Shown piece after piece: positions 10,158 through 19,748 of a DNA stretch of 64,000 nucleotides. Positions within the stretch are counted from its first letter, which is position 1. Each line of letters begins with the position of its first letter. The notes under the pieces are model-generated. The model saw nothing but the letters and a program-made list of their open reading frames with translations, made no database searches and was not told where the DNA came from. This DNA is from an uncultured bacterium (GTDB lineage: Bacteria > Verrucomicrobiota > Verrucomicrobiia > Verrucomicrobiales > DEV007): assembly GCA_963977015.1 (NCBI GenBank), contig CAXBMO010000013.1, positions 32,001 through 96,000 of the forward strand, written 5' to 3'. Position numbers and translations under genes: made by a program.

Positions 10158-11120
10158 ATGCCAATCTATAATAACATTGTCGAGACCGTCGGTCGTACCC
10201 CACTCGTTCGTCTGAACAAAGTCACCGAGGGGATTGATGCCACGATTGCGTTGAAATGCGAGTTCTTCAACCCGCTGGGCAGCGTCAAGGATCGGATTGG
10301 GATGGCGATGATTGAGGCGGCGGAAAAAAGCGGAGAATTGACCAAGGACACGGTGATCGTCGAGCCGACAAGCGGGAACACCGGAATCGCCTTGGCATTT
10401 GTCGCTGCAGCCAAGGGTTACAAGCTGATTTTGACGATGCCGGAAACGATGAGTTTGGAGCGGCGAACCCTGCTCTCCATGCTCGGTGCGGAACTCATTC
10501 TCACACCTGGACCAAAAGGGATGAAGGGAGCCATTGCCAAAGCGGAGGAAATTCTTGCCGAAACTCCAAACGCCTGGATGCCTCAGCAGTTTAACAACCC
10601 TGCTAATCCGGAAATTCACCGCAAGACTACGGCGGAGGAAATTTGGAACGACACCGATGGAGAGATTGATATTCTCGTTGCTGGTGTCGGGACCGGAGGA
10701 ACGATCACGGGATGTTCCGAGTTCATCAAACCTCGCAAAGAGAGTTTTGTCGCAATCGCGGTGGAGCCTGAAGATTCACCGGTCATTTCGCAGACCTTGG
10801 CTGGCGAAGAATTGACGCCGGGACCGCATAAAATTCAGGGGACGGGAGCCGGATTCATCCCAAACAACCTTCATATCGATCAGGTGACGGAATGCGTGAA
10901 AGTATCGAATGATGATGCTTTTGCGATGGCTCGGAGATTGGCAAAGGAAGAAGGGCTTTTGGTCGGAATCAGCACGGGAGCGAATGTTGTCGCTTCGCTG
11001 GAGGTCGCGAAACGTCCCGAAAACAAGGGAAAGCTCATCGTCACGATCGCTTGCTCCACCGGAGAGCGGTATTTGAGCACACCGCTCGCCGAAGAGGCAC
11101 GAAATGCGGTGGGAGGTTGA
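10158..11120 (+). CDS. cysK: Cysteine synthase A
   Basis: [16 protein letters not shown] (PLP Lys), [27 protein letters not shown]. Confidence 0.96.
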   Translation: MPIYNNIVETVGRTPLVRLNKVTEGIDATIALKCEFFNPLGSVKDRIGMAMIEAAEKSGELTKDTVIVEPTSGNTGIALAFVAAAKGYKLILTMPETMSLERRTLLSMLGAELILTPGPKGMKGAIAKAEEILAETPNAWMPQQFNNPANPEIHRKTTAEEIWNDTDGEIDILVAGVGTGGTITGCSEFIKPRKESFVAIAVEPEDSPVISQTLAGEELTPGPHKIQGTGAGFIPNNLHIDQVTECVKVSNDDAFAMARRLAKEEGLLVGISTGANVVASLEVAKRPENKGKLIVTIACSTGERYLSTPLAEEARNAVGG

Positions 11121-11194
11121 CGACAGTGGAAACTGGGCAACAGTCCACCCCCGCTCGCTCGACACGAGAGCACTAAGACAAAGTCTATCCAGCA

Positions 11195-11986
11195 ATGGCA
11201 ACTTCCGAGGAAACGCAGCATCCCCAACCCGACCCTTCACCCTTGGCGCAAGCTTTGGGGCCCTCTCCGATTGAAAAATATTTGGAAGAGAACCGCGCAG
11301 GGGTAATTCTCGCCATTGCCGGTGTCGTCGCACTTGCCAGTGCATGGATTCTTTTCAGTGGCTTAAACTCGGAGAAATTGGTGGAAGCAGGCAATGCCTA
11401 TTCCGAAGCCAAGACCGTTGCTGATTTGGACAAGGTGCAGGAGCAGTTTCCGGGAACGGTGATTGCGGGGAATGCCCTGCTGAGAAAGGCTGAGCTCTTG
11501 GAGGACGAGGGGGATCTCGATGGCGCCAAAGCCACATTGCTCAAATTTCGCGACCAGTTCAGGGAGCATCCACGGTTCGATCAGGCGTTGGTTGTTCTTG
11601 GGCGCATGGCTGAGGATGCCGGGAACTTGGCTCAAGCCGAGACCTTTTTGAACGAGGTCTCTCCAAATTCAGATGTCGCTCCACTTGCCAAAATCCACTT
11701 GGGAGATCTGGCCATGCAGGAAGGCGATTATGAGAAGGCGCGCAATATCTACGAGCCTATTCAGCAGGAATATCCCATGAATGCCTGGATGGGAATGTGG
11801 CAGCAGCGAATCAACAGTTTGAAACGACTTGTTCCCGATGAAGAGACTTTGAAAAGCGATGGAGACGCGGAAGAAGCCTCAACCGGAGCCACTCCTCCAG
11901 TTGATGAGCCCGCGGAGACTCCTAAGGAAGAAGCTAAGCCGGAGGAACCCACCACGGTGGAGTCTCCGGGTGATGCTGAATCTTGA
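11195..11986 (+). CDS. Membrane-anchored TPR protein (YfgM-like)
   Basis: N-terminal TM, helical TPR-like repeats, acidic Pro-rich tail. Confidence 0.7.
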   Translation: MATSEETQHPQPDPSPLAQALGPSPIEKYLEENRAGVILAIAGVVALASAWILFSGLNSEKLVEAGNAYSEAKTVADLDKVQEQFPGTVIAGNALLRKAELLEDEGDLDGAKATLLKFRDQFREHPRFDQALVVLGRMAEDAGNLAQAETFLNEVSPNSDVAPLAKIHLGDLAMQEGDYEKARNIYEPIQQEYPMNAWMGMWQQRINSLKRLVPDEETLKSDGDAEEASTGATPPVDEPAETPKEEAKPEEPTTVESPGDAES

Positions 11987-12058
11987 CCCACCCAACTCAG
12001 TTTTGTAGGCCATGCGTTCGGTTTACAAAACGAATCTCAACACCCAGATCTTTAAGTT

Positions 12059-12307
12059 ATGCGAGGCCAATTCACCGCTATCCTCGAACCAGGCGAGGGG
12101 AACGTGTTTGTAGCACGTTGTGCAGAAGTTCCTGGAACCGAAGTCGAAGCCGACACTCCTCAAGCAGCTTTGGAGAGTTTGGCTGATGCCATTTCGATCG
12201 TTTTCGAAGTAAATCGCGATGAAGTTCGCGAGGAGGCTGGTCCCAATGCCACGACTCATCCCATCACTGTTGATTTATCGGAATCCCGCCTGCTTTCTCC
12301 AAAGTAA
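12059..12307 (+). CDS. HicB-family antitoxin-like protein (short form)
   Basis: FTAILEPGEGNVFVARCAEVPG...ADTPQAALESLADAI fits the HicB N-terminal pattern. Confidence 0.7.
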   Translation: MRGQFTAILEPGEGNVFVARCAEVPGTEVEADTPQAALESLADAISIVFEVNRDEVREEAGPNATTHPITVDLSESRLLSPK

Positions 12308-12377
12308 GGGCTTACAAGTTTGCACTGAAAAGCAAACCCAACCTTTTACGGCAACCTAATCGGCATCGACGAGAAAC

Positions 12378-13064
12378 GTGGCATTGATTGAAGTTCAGAA
12401 GGCCAAGAAGATTTACCAACTTGGCGAAACGCAGATTGAGGCGCTTCGCGGCGTGGATCTTTCCATCGATGCAGGTGATTTCGTTGCCGTTTGGGGGCCT
12501 TCAGGCTCCGGCAAATCCACTCTCTGCCACCTTATGGGGGTGATTGATGAACCCACGTCGGGGACGATCCTTTTCGATGGGGAGAATGTCTCGAAGCTGG
12601 GAGACAATGAACAGAGTGAACTGCGGAATCGAAAAATCGGTTTCGTTTTTCAAAGCTTCAACCTCGTCCCGGTTCTTTCCAGTCTCGAGAACGTCATGCT
12701 CCCCTTGCAGATGCAAAACCTGGAAGCCGGCGAAGTGAGGGAGAGGGCCTTGGAAATGTTGGACAAGGTTGGCTTGGCGGATTTTGTGGATCATTGGCCG
12801 AAAAAGCTTTCAGGTGGTCAACGGCAAAGGGTTGCGATTGCACGAGCACTCGTGACGGACCCCAAAGTGGTCGTAGCTGACGAGCCAACTGCGAATCTGG
12901 ATTCGGAGAATGCGCTTTTGATCATTGAACTCATGCGCAAACTCGATCGATCCATCGGCACATCCTTTATCTTCTCAACCCACGATGAACGGCTTTTGGA
13001 ACGGGTGGACCGGAAAGTGCATCTTCAGGATGGACTCATTACTGAAGACATTCGCCTGAACTAA
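12378..13064 (+). CDS. ABC transporter ATP-binding protein (LolD/MacB-like)
   Basis: Walker A GPSGSGKS, LSGGQRQR, VVADEPT, STHD. Confidence 0.95.
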   Translation: MALIEVQKAKKIYQLGETQIEALRGVDLSIDAGDFVAVWGPSGSGKSTLCHLMGVIDEPTSGTILFDGENVSKLGDNEQSELRNRKIGFVFQSFNLVPVLSSLENVMLPLQMQNLEAGEVRERALEMLDKVGLADFVDHWPKKLSGGQRQRVAIARALVTDPKVVVADEPTANLDSENALLIIELMRKLDRSIGTSFIFSTHDERLLERVDRKVHLQDGLITEDIRLN

Positions 13065-13065
13065 G

Positions 13066-14319
13066 ATGACATCCTGGATCAAACTCGCCTTCCGGAATCT
13101 TGCGCGCAACAAGCGTCGATCAGTCGTAACCATCTTGGCGGCGACTCTGGGCTTTGCTGCGGTCAATCTCTTCGGCGGCTTCACGACCTACATGTTCGTG
13201 AATCTTCGCGACGCCTTCATTTACGCTGGCGGCAACGGGCATCTGCAAGTCTGCAAGAAAGGCTATCATCAGCACGGGGCTACTGATCCGGCGAACTACC
13301 TTCTATCCGCAGAAACCTATCAAAAGCTGCGCAAACTTGCGGAGGAAGATGATCGAATCATTCTGGCTGCTGGCAAATTGGATGTAAGCGGGCAAATCGA
13401 TTCTGGAAATGCCTCAAACATCTTCATCGGAAGAGCCGTGACTCCATCTGAGCATGAAGAGTTCTTCAAACATTCAAAGACTCTCAAGCGAGGATTCAGC
13501 TTTCTCGCGAAAGGCGAAAAGATCACCGATGACAATCCCTACGCCATTGGTGTGGCCTTCGGAGTCGAAGAGACGCTGGGGTTGAACTTGGAGGACGAAG
13601 TGGTTCTCATGGCGAGAACCCTCGATGGCCAGCTCAACGTGGTTGATGCTGCCGTGAAGCATGTGTTTGGAAATGCTTCAGCAAACTTGGCGGACAAACT
13701 CATCTTTATGCCGCTCCAGCTTGCTCAGGAGCTTTATCAAACGGATGGAGTCGGGACGGTGGGGATTTTGCTCAATCATCAGGGCGATTTGGATTCGGTT
13801 CGGGAGAAGATCGAAGCGGTGTTGGCCGATGCGCCCGAGGAGTTGGAGATCACTCCGTGGGATCAGCAGTCGGAAATGTACAAGCTGACCCGAAAGATGT
13901 TTAACATGATTTTCGGGATCGTTTTTATCATTCTGATCGTGATCGTAACCATGAGCGTCATGAATACGATGGGCATGGCCATTCTGGAGAGGACGACCGA
14001 AATCGGGACACTTCGCGCCTTGGGATTGAAGCAGGTCGGCGTCATCTTTCTTTTCGGGATTGAGGGCGCTCTCCTTGGCGTTCTGGGTTCGATTACCGGG
14101 ATGATCGCAACGATCGCCGTTTGGTTGCTCGTGAAAATACAGCAGCCAATGTGGACCCCGCCGACCATCGCGCGTGAGGTGCCGCTTGAAATCCGGCTTG
14201 AGCCCAGTTATTTACTCATAACAACCGTATTCTTGGTGGTTTTGACTCTTGCGGCCGCAATTATTCCCGCGAGAAAAGCGTCAAAAACCGGAATTGTTGA
14301 AGCCCTTGGCCACGTCTAA
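13066..14319 (+). CDS. ABC transporter permease (FtsX/LolE/MacB type)
   Basis: LAFRNLARNKRRS, large periplasmic loop, ERTTEIGTLRALG, four TMs, PARKAS. Confidence 0.92.
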   Translation: MTSWIKLAFRNLARNKRRSVVTILAATLGFAAVNLFGGFTTYMFVNLRDAFIYAGGNGHLQVCKKGYHQHGATDPANYLLSAETYQKLRKLAEEDDRIILAAGKLDVSGQIDSGNASNIFIGRAVTPSEHEEFFKHSKTLKRGFSFLAKGEKITDDNPYAIGVAFGVEETLGLNLEDEVVLMARTLDGQLNVVDAAVKHVFGNASANLADKLIFMPLQLAQELYQTDGVGTVGILLNHQGDLDSVREKIEAVLADAPEELEITPWDQQSEMYKLTRKMFNMIFGIVFIILIVIVTMSVMNTMGMAILERTTEIGTLRALGLKQVGVIFLFGIEGALLGVLGSITGMIATIAVWLLVKIQQPMWTPPTIAREVPLEIRLEPSYLLITTVFLVVLTLAAAIIPARKASKTGIVEALGHV

Positions 14320-14341
14320 AAAGCACAACTCAAATTACCTA

Positions 14342-15073
14342 ATGCGATTTCTTACTCTGTTTGTTTCTCTGTTGGTTTCTTCGTCGTTTGCTCAAGAGGC
14401 TCCGGATGCTGTTAAACTCCTTCATGACGCGGAGGCTTCGAGAGGCGTTTTGGCTGCCAATGGGCTTCAGTGGACAGTCGATGTCGTAAGCCAGGAAGAT
14501 TCCGAAACTGACGAAGCGAAGTTGGTTGTGAAGACTCAAGGCCCTTTTGCCTTGGCTGAGATTTTGGAGCCGGATACTTCTGCCGGGAAAAAATACCTCG
14601 TTGCAGACGGTGACATGTGGTTTTCCAAGCCGGGAACCCGCGCCGTTCCGATCAATAAACGCATGCAGTTGGCTGGAAGGGCGGCAATCGGTGAGATCGC
14701 TTCCTCCAGTTTCATGTCGGAATACAACATCGCCGAGACGACACAAACCACCTTGGAGGGAGAAGCTTGCACGCTTTATGAACTGGAAAAAAAGCCGGGA
14801 GCAACCTATGCCAAGGTGCTTCTCTGGGTTTCCAATGAGGAGCGGGTCAGCCGCCAGGCACATTTTTATACGATCACGGGAAAACATATTCGGAGCGCTA
14901 CATTTGAGCATAAGGCCAAGATCAAGGCCGGTGGGAACGTGATTCCGTTCCTTTCTGGATTGGTGGTGACTGAGATGATTGGTTCTTCCAGATCCACGTT
15001 GCTTAGCTTTTCGGAGTACAAGATTTACCCTGGTGGTTTCCCGGACTCGACTTTCGATCGCAAAGCAATGTGA
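14342..15073 (+). CDS. LolA-like outer-membrane lipoprotein-sorting family protein
   Basis: Signal peptide from ATG 14342; GKKYLVADGDMWF, TYAKVLLWV; follows a LolD/LolE-type ABC pair. Confidence 0.7.
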   Translation: MRFLTLFVSLLVSSSFAQEAPDAVKLLHDAEASRGVLAANGLQWTVDVVSQEDSETDEAKLVVKTQGPFALAEILEPDTSAGKKYLVADGDMWFSKPGTRAVPINKRMQLAGRAAIGEIASSSFMSEYNIAETTQTTLEGEACTLYELEKKPGATYAKVLLWVSNEERVSRQAHFYTITGKHIRSATFEHKAKIKAGGNVIPFLSGLVVTEMIGSSRSTLLSFSEYKIYPGGFPDSTFDRKAM

Positions 15074-15118
15074 TCAGATTCCACCGGAATCTCATCAGGC
15101 AACCAAGGCGTTAGCGGC

Positions 15119-16456
15119 ATGTTTCGACTCGATGACGAGACGTTTGAAGAGTCGAAGGAGATTCTGAAGGATCTCATCCGGATCGACACCACCAACCCAC
15201 CGGGCAACGAGGTCGAGGCGGCCAACTATCTTAACGGTATTCTGGCAAAGGACGGGTTTGCCACCCAAATACTGGAGCCTGCAACAGGCCGTGCGAATTT
15301 GATCACGCGGCTGACGGGGGACGGATCGCAAAAGCCGCTCTTGTTGAACTGTCACCTCGATGTGGTCGGTGCTGATCCAAAGGCGTGGACCCATCCACCG
15401 TTTGGAGGCGTGGAGGCCGACGGCTACATCTGGGGAAGAGGAGCCATTGATATGAAAGGGTTCGCGACCATGGCGCTAACCGTTTTTCGCCTCCTCAAAC
15501 GCAACGAGGTTCCGTTGAAACGGGATATTATCTTCGCGGCTGTAGCTGATGAAGAGGAAGCCTGTGAATTTGGTTCCGAGTATTTGGTGAACAATCATCC
15601 TGAGTTGGTCAATGCCGAGTATGTCTTGAACGAGGTGGGTGGATTCAATGCTAACGTTCAGGGGATGCGGCTATGTTTGATTCAGGTTGCAGAGCGGGGG
15701 ATTGTGCGAGTGCGAATTCGGGTGCGTGGCGAACCGGGGCACAGCGCGCTGCCTTGCCCCGACAGTGCGTTGGTGGTCGCGTCCGAACTCATTCAGAAAC
15801 TGAGCCGCTCCAGGCTTCCGCATCATCTGAGCGATTCAGCCCGGAATTTCATGCTCGCCTTGGCCGCCCGGGCGCGGAACCCAGTTGAAAAGCTGGTTCT
15901 CAAAGGACTGACCAAGCCGAAACTGGGCCAGTTTCTGCTTCACAATCTGGTGCCGGTGGGGCAGAGCCGAACGACGATGCAGGCGAATCTTTCCAACACG
16001 GTGAACCCGACGATTGTTCGGGCCGGGTCCAAAGTGAATGTCGTGCCGGAGGAGGTGGTGATCGATGTTGATGGAAGGGTTTCTCCAGGGAGTAACCAGG
16101 AAGAATTGCTTCGGGAGATCAGAGATCTCATCGGGGAGGAGCATGAGATGGAGTTGCTCCATGAAGAACCGGCTGCGGAATTCCCGACGGACACGTATGT
16201 CTATCGCGAAATTGTGAAGGTGATGAACGAGCACGATCCCGAAAGCGAAGTCGTACCCTATCAGATCTATGGGTCTACGGATTCCCGGAATTACGCGAAG
16301 CTAGGCGCCATTTGCTACGGGTTTTACCCGGTTCAGATGCCAGATGATGTCGAGTTCTCGAAACTCTTTCACGGCATTGACGAGCGAATTCCGGTAGAGG
16401 GATTCCGGTTTGGGATTCAAGCGCTCTACGATTTGGTGACCCGGGTCGCGACCTAG
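15119..16456 (+). CDS. M20/M25/M40 family metallopeptidase / amidohydrolase
   Basis: IDTTNPPGNE, HLDVV, WGRGAIDMKG, DEE, GHSA, TDS, HGIDERI. Confidence 0.92.
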   Translation: MFRLDDETFEESKEILKDLIRIDTTNPPGNEVEAANYLNGILAKDGFATQILEPATGRANLITRLTGDGSQKPLLLNCHLDVVGADPKAWTHPPFGGVEADGYIWGRGAIDMKGFATMALTVFRLLKRNEVPLKRDIIFAAVADEEEACEFGSEYLVNNHPELVNAEYVLNEVGGFNANVQGMRLCLIQVAERGIVRVRIRVRGEPGHSALPCPDSALVVASELIQKLSRSRLPHHLSDSARNFMLALAARARNPVEKLVLKGLTKPKLGQFLLHNLVPVGQSRTTMQANLSNTVNPTIVRAGSKVNVVPEEVVIDVDGRVSPGSNQEELLREIRDLIGEEHEMELLHEEPAAEFPTDTYVYREIVKVMNEHDPESEVVPYQIYGSTDSRNYAKLGAICYGFYPVQMPDDVEFSKLFHGIDERIPVEGFRFGIQALYDLVTRVAT

Positions 16457-17217
16457 GGCATGGCAGGATACGGCCAAAACGGTTCCACGGATTCTTTTGG
16501 AATCCAACCGGCGTTCTCGCCGGGAAGATGGACAAAGACCCATTCGTCGCGGGTCGCCTTGACTCGAACTTCACTTCCAGGGGGAAGCGCAATGACGGCA
16601 TTGCCGTCTGGGAAGGGGCCGTCGATGGCAACAACATCGTTTTGGACGATGATTCCCAACGTGGAAGGATTGAGGGTCTCCTGATGAATGTGTCTCGCGG
16701 TTCCTGCAAGAACTGCGACGAGGCCGCCACTGATGGTCAGTGCCAGAAAAACTCCACCAAGGGGCTGTTTCGGGCGGAGAATTAGAAGGGCTGCGAGACC
16801 AAGCGCAAACAGCCAAAGTCCGAGAACCATGATGAGGTTCCAGGTGCTCCCGGTAAGGGAGCCGACGAATCGTTCGATTCCCGTGGGTTTGAAGCGGAGG
16901 AAGCCAAGTTTGCGGTGTAGGAGTCGCAGGTTAACGGTTGCTTCGGCCATTCCCGGGTCCAAAAGCAGAGCTCTTCGATACCACAAACAGGCTTCGCCAA
17001 GCTTGCCGAGACGGAAGAGGGTGTTTCCCAGGTTGAAGTACACTTCCTGGGACAAATTCTCTTCCGTCAACTCACGGTAGAGATCCCGAGCTTGCTCAAA
17101 TTCTTCGACCTCATAGAGACGATTGGCTTCCGAGAAAATATCATCCCGGTCACTGGCCTGGAGGCAAGGGCTGAGGAGGAGAAGGCAGGCGGAGAGTGAA
17201 CTAATCCAGCGCATCAT
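16453..17217 (-). CDS. batE: BatE-like TPR + SH3 membrane protein
   Basis: Signal peptide, TPR (YFNLGNTLFRLG...YRRALLLDP), two TMs, SH3-like GSEVRV...GWIP. Confidence 0.8.
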   Translation of the reverse strand: MMRWISSLSACLLLLSPCLQASDRDDIFSEANRLYEVEEFEQARDLYRELTEENLSQEVYFNLGNTLFRLGKLGEACLWYRRALLLDPGMAEATVNLRLLHRKLGFLRFKPTGIERFVGSLTGSTWNLIMVLGLWLFALGLAALLILRPKQPLGGVFLALTISGGLVAVLAGTARHIHQETLNPSTLGIIVQNDVVAIDGPFPDGNAVIALPPGSEVRVKATRDEWVFVHLPGENAGWIPKESVEPFWPYPAMP

Positions 17218-18941
17218 GTCGTTTTTAAGCGTAATTGCTCCAGTTCTCCAAGAGTCTTGATGGCTTGTTGTTTCTCCTTCTCATTGACTTTGGTCTGAGC
17301 CGTTTTCATCCCTGAATAGAGAAAGTGGTTTCCGGTCTTGTAAATGGAATCCAGCTTTGCCCGGGTGTCATTGGGAAGTTGGGCCAGGCGATGCTTGTGG
17401 CGTTCAACGTATTCCAAGATCGCTTCGTAAAAATCGCTTCGTGAAACGTTGCCCTGAATGCGAAGCCTCACGGCCTCCAGACTCGCATCATCAGTCTTTC
17501 CTCGGTTGCTCAGCCAGGCGGCAAGTCGTTTTTGGCCCCAGACGCCGACCAGGGCTGAAAACGCCAAGGCAGGAAGAAGTTGCCACAACCAGAACGATGG
17601 GCGTGAAACCAGGGAGGCGTTCATTGGGATCCAGGTAGCATTTCCGCTGTGGATGAACAGGATATCGTCCAACTGGCCGCTTGGGATGCCCACAGATGCC
17701 AGTCCTCCGGAGGCCGTTCTCTGCGCGGTTACGGAATCGGGTTGAATGATGAGGGGAATCGAGTCGGAACGTAACACCACATATTGCTCCGCTTCCGGGT
17801 CAAAAAAGGACAACTCAAGAGGTGGCAGCTCACTGTGTTCGGTAGTCGGAATGACAACCTGGTTGAAGCTCACCGTTTGTTCAATGTCATCGCGATCTTC
17901 ATCATCAATGCGATTGGGCTGATAAGCTTTCCAGCCTGTTTCCTCAGCCAACTGAGGAGCAACAAGGCTATCAAAATTGCCCTTACCTTTGACCTGAATG
18001 TCGATGAAGATCGGGTCGCCTACTCGTAGTTCGGTTGGGGTTGCCGTAACTGCCATTTCGAACCGGCCCACCGTATTCTGAAAGCTGGTAGGCTTCCCTT
18101 CTTCCGGAAGCGGCTTGATGGTAAACTCAAGCCCACGACTTGAGATGGTGCGTGGCTCGGAGAACTGAAGAAAGTTTCTCGGGAAGAGAGTGTTCATCGG
18201 GCGCGTCACGTTGGCCTCGGTTGAGGCGGGACCGAGTTGATGCGTGCCGGCGGAGAGTGCCGCGATGCGTGTCGGGAATCGTACCGTGGTGAACGGGATG
18301 CCGTCGATCTGTTTCAATTCGACGTGATATTGGTGGGGAAAAGGTTTGATGACGAACTTCTCTCCGCTCTCGAATTTGGGGCGTCCCGCACTTCCAATCG
18401 TGCCGCTCCCTCGAACAAAGAGATGGAGTTCAATCGGGACGAGCTCATTGACGTAGGCCTCGGTTTTCGCGGCCTTGAACGTCAGGAAATAGGGGCGCTC
18501 CGCGGATAGCTCCTGGTCACCTGCCATCTCGACAATCTCCAAGCTTTGGGGCTCGGTTTGATAGGGGATGCCGTTGATGACGAAGGAAAGACCTGGGATC
18601 TCGTATTTCCCGGGTTTGCGTCCAACCACGCCATACATGACGGTCACCTCGGTTTTCAAAACCCCGTTAATACTCGTCATGCGGGGACTGTAGACTTTCC
18701 GAACGATCTCGAGACCCTCGACCTCGATTACCTCCGGGATGTTGTCAGGCTGGCCGCCCTCTATCAGAATGGTCAGGTAGGTATAGACTCCCTGGGCAAT
18801 TTGCTTTTCCTCAAGGCTGGCGCGAACTCGAACCGGCTGCTGTTGCGCAAGGGCTGGTCCAATGAGCAACACGAGCGGAATGAATCCGACGATTGTTCTC
18901 GAGATGAATGCTGTTGGTGAAAAGGCCGTGATGATTCCCAT
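17214..18941 (-). CDS. batD: BatD family protein
   Basis: Repeated beta-rich domains, KPLPEEGKPTSFQNTVGRF, SFFDP, C-terminal TM; bat gene order. Confidence 0.85.
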   Translation of the reverse strand: MGIITAFSPTAFISRTIVGFIPLVLLIGPALAQQQPVRVRASLEEKQIAQGVYTYLTILIEGGQPDNIPEVIEVEGLEIVRKVYSPRMTSINGVLKTEVTVMYGVVGRKPGKYEIPGLSFVINGIPYQTEPQSLEIVEMAGDQELSAERPYFLTFKAAKTEAYVNELVPIELHLFVRGSGTIGSAGRPKFESGEKFVIKPFPHQYHVELKQIDGIPFTTVRFPTRIAALSAGTHQLGPASTEANVTRPMNTLFPRNFLQFSEPRTISSRGLEFTIKPLPEEGKPTSFQNTVGRFEMAVTATPTELRVGDPIFIDIQVKGKGNFDSLVAPQLAEETGWKAYQPNRIDDEDRDDIEQTVSFNQVVIPTTEHSELPPLELSFFDPEAEQYVVLRSDSIPLIIQPDSVTAQRTASGGLASVGIPSGQLDDILFIHSGNATWIPMNASLVSRPSFWLWQLLPALAFSALVGVWGQKRLAAWLSNRGKTDDASLEAVRLRIQGNVSRSDFYEAILEYVERHKHRLAQLPNDTRAKLDSIYKTGNHFLYSGMKTAQTKVNEKEKQQAIKTLGELEQLRLKTT

Positions 18942-18942
18942 G

Positions 18943-19734
18943 TTACCAATTCCGAAAAGGTTCGCTGGAGAATTGTTCCATCGTTTCAGGTTTCACATCT
19001 TTGTCTTCGTCCGCATTATTTTCCAGGATCCGGCGTGCATCGTCCGGCGACCAATCCCGTTCCTCGGGCTTGGTTGGAGGAGGCGGCTGCGGTTGCTCCT
19101 GATCCGGCGAATTTTGCGGATCGTCGGGCGGTGGTGGAGATGAAGGAGGATCGTCTTCCTCTTGCTCCGGTGGCGGTGGAGGCTCGTTTTGATCATCCTG
19201 TTGGTCGTTGTTGTCCGGATTCTCCTGATCGTCCTGCTCCTGTTGTTCGTCTTCGTTTTGCTCTTGCTCCGGCGGCTTCAGGTTCTCCAACTGCACTTTG
19301 ACGAATTCCAGATTCTTTTGCGCCTGGGAATTCTGCGCATTCAGTTCGAGAGCGGATTGGTAGTGTTTGATGGCGGAATCCCATTGCGTGCGGGTTTCTT
19401 CCACATCCTCGGTTGCCAGTTCACGTCCGGTTTGAAAAAGTGCATTCCCGAGATTGTAGTGCGCCTTCTCCTGGATGCTCGGCTTGTTGCTGAGAAGCGC
19501 CTGACCAAATGCGTGCTTGGCGCCTTCGTAGTCGTTCCCACGATAGGCTGCCGCACCGAGGTTGAGATGAAGCTGGCCGCGATCCAAATCAATTCCGCCT
19601 TTGGCCAATTTCTCCATGTAGGCCGCCTGTGCCTCTTCGAAATTGCCCTTCCGATACGCATCGAATCCCTTGTCTGCGAAGCACAGAACGGGGAAGCAGG
19701 TCAGCGATAAAAGAATGATACGTAGTGATGCCAC
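18943..19734 (-). CDS. batC: BatC-like TPR protein with acidic Gln/Pro-rich tail
   Basis: Probable GTG start 19734 giving a signal peptide; NLGAAAY, HYNLGNALF, Q/D/E/P-rich region, DARRILE, ends in NW. Confidence 0.8.
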   Translation of the reverse strand: MASLRIILLSLTCFPVLCFADKGFDAYRKGNFEEAQAAYMEKLAKGGIDLDRGQLHLNLGAAAYRGNDYEGAKHAFGQALLSNKPSIQEKAHYNLGNALFQTGRELATEDVEETRTQWDSAIKHYQSALELNAQNSQAQKNLEFVKVQLENLKPPEQEQNEDEQQEQDDQENPDNNDQQDDQNEPPPPPEQEEDDPPSSPPPPDDPQNSPDQEQPQPPPPTKPEERDWSPDDARRILENNADEDKDVKPETMEQFSSEPFRNW

Positions 19735-19748
19735 TGGGATGGGGAAGA

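Noticed and set aside
10032-10619. N-terminal extension of the 290-aa ORF 9747..10619
   Set aside because: Mostly antisense to cysK; only the last 94 aa (PhhB) look real
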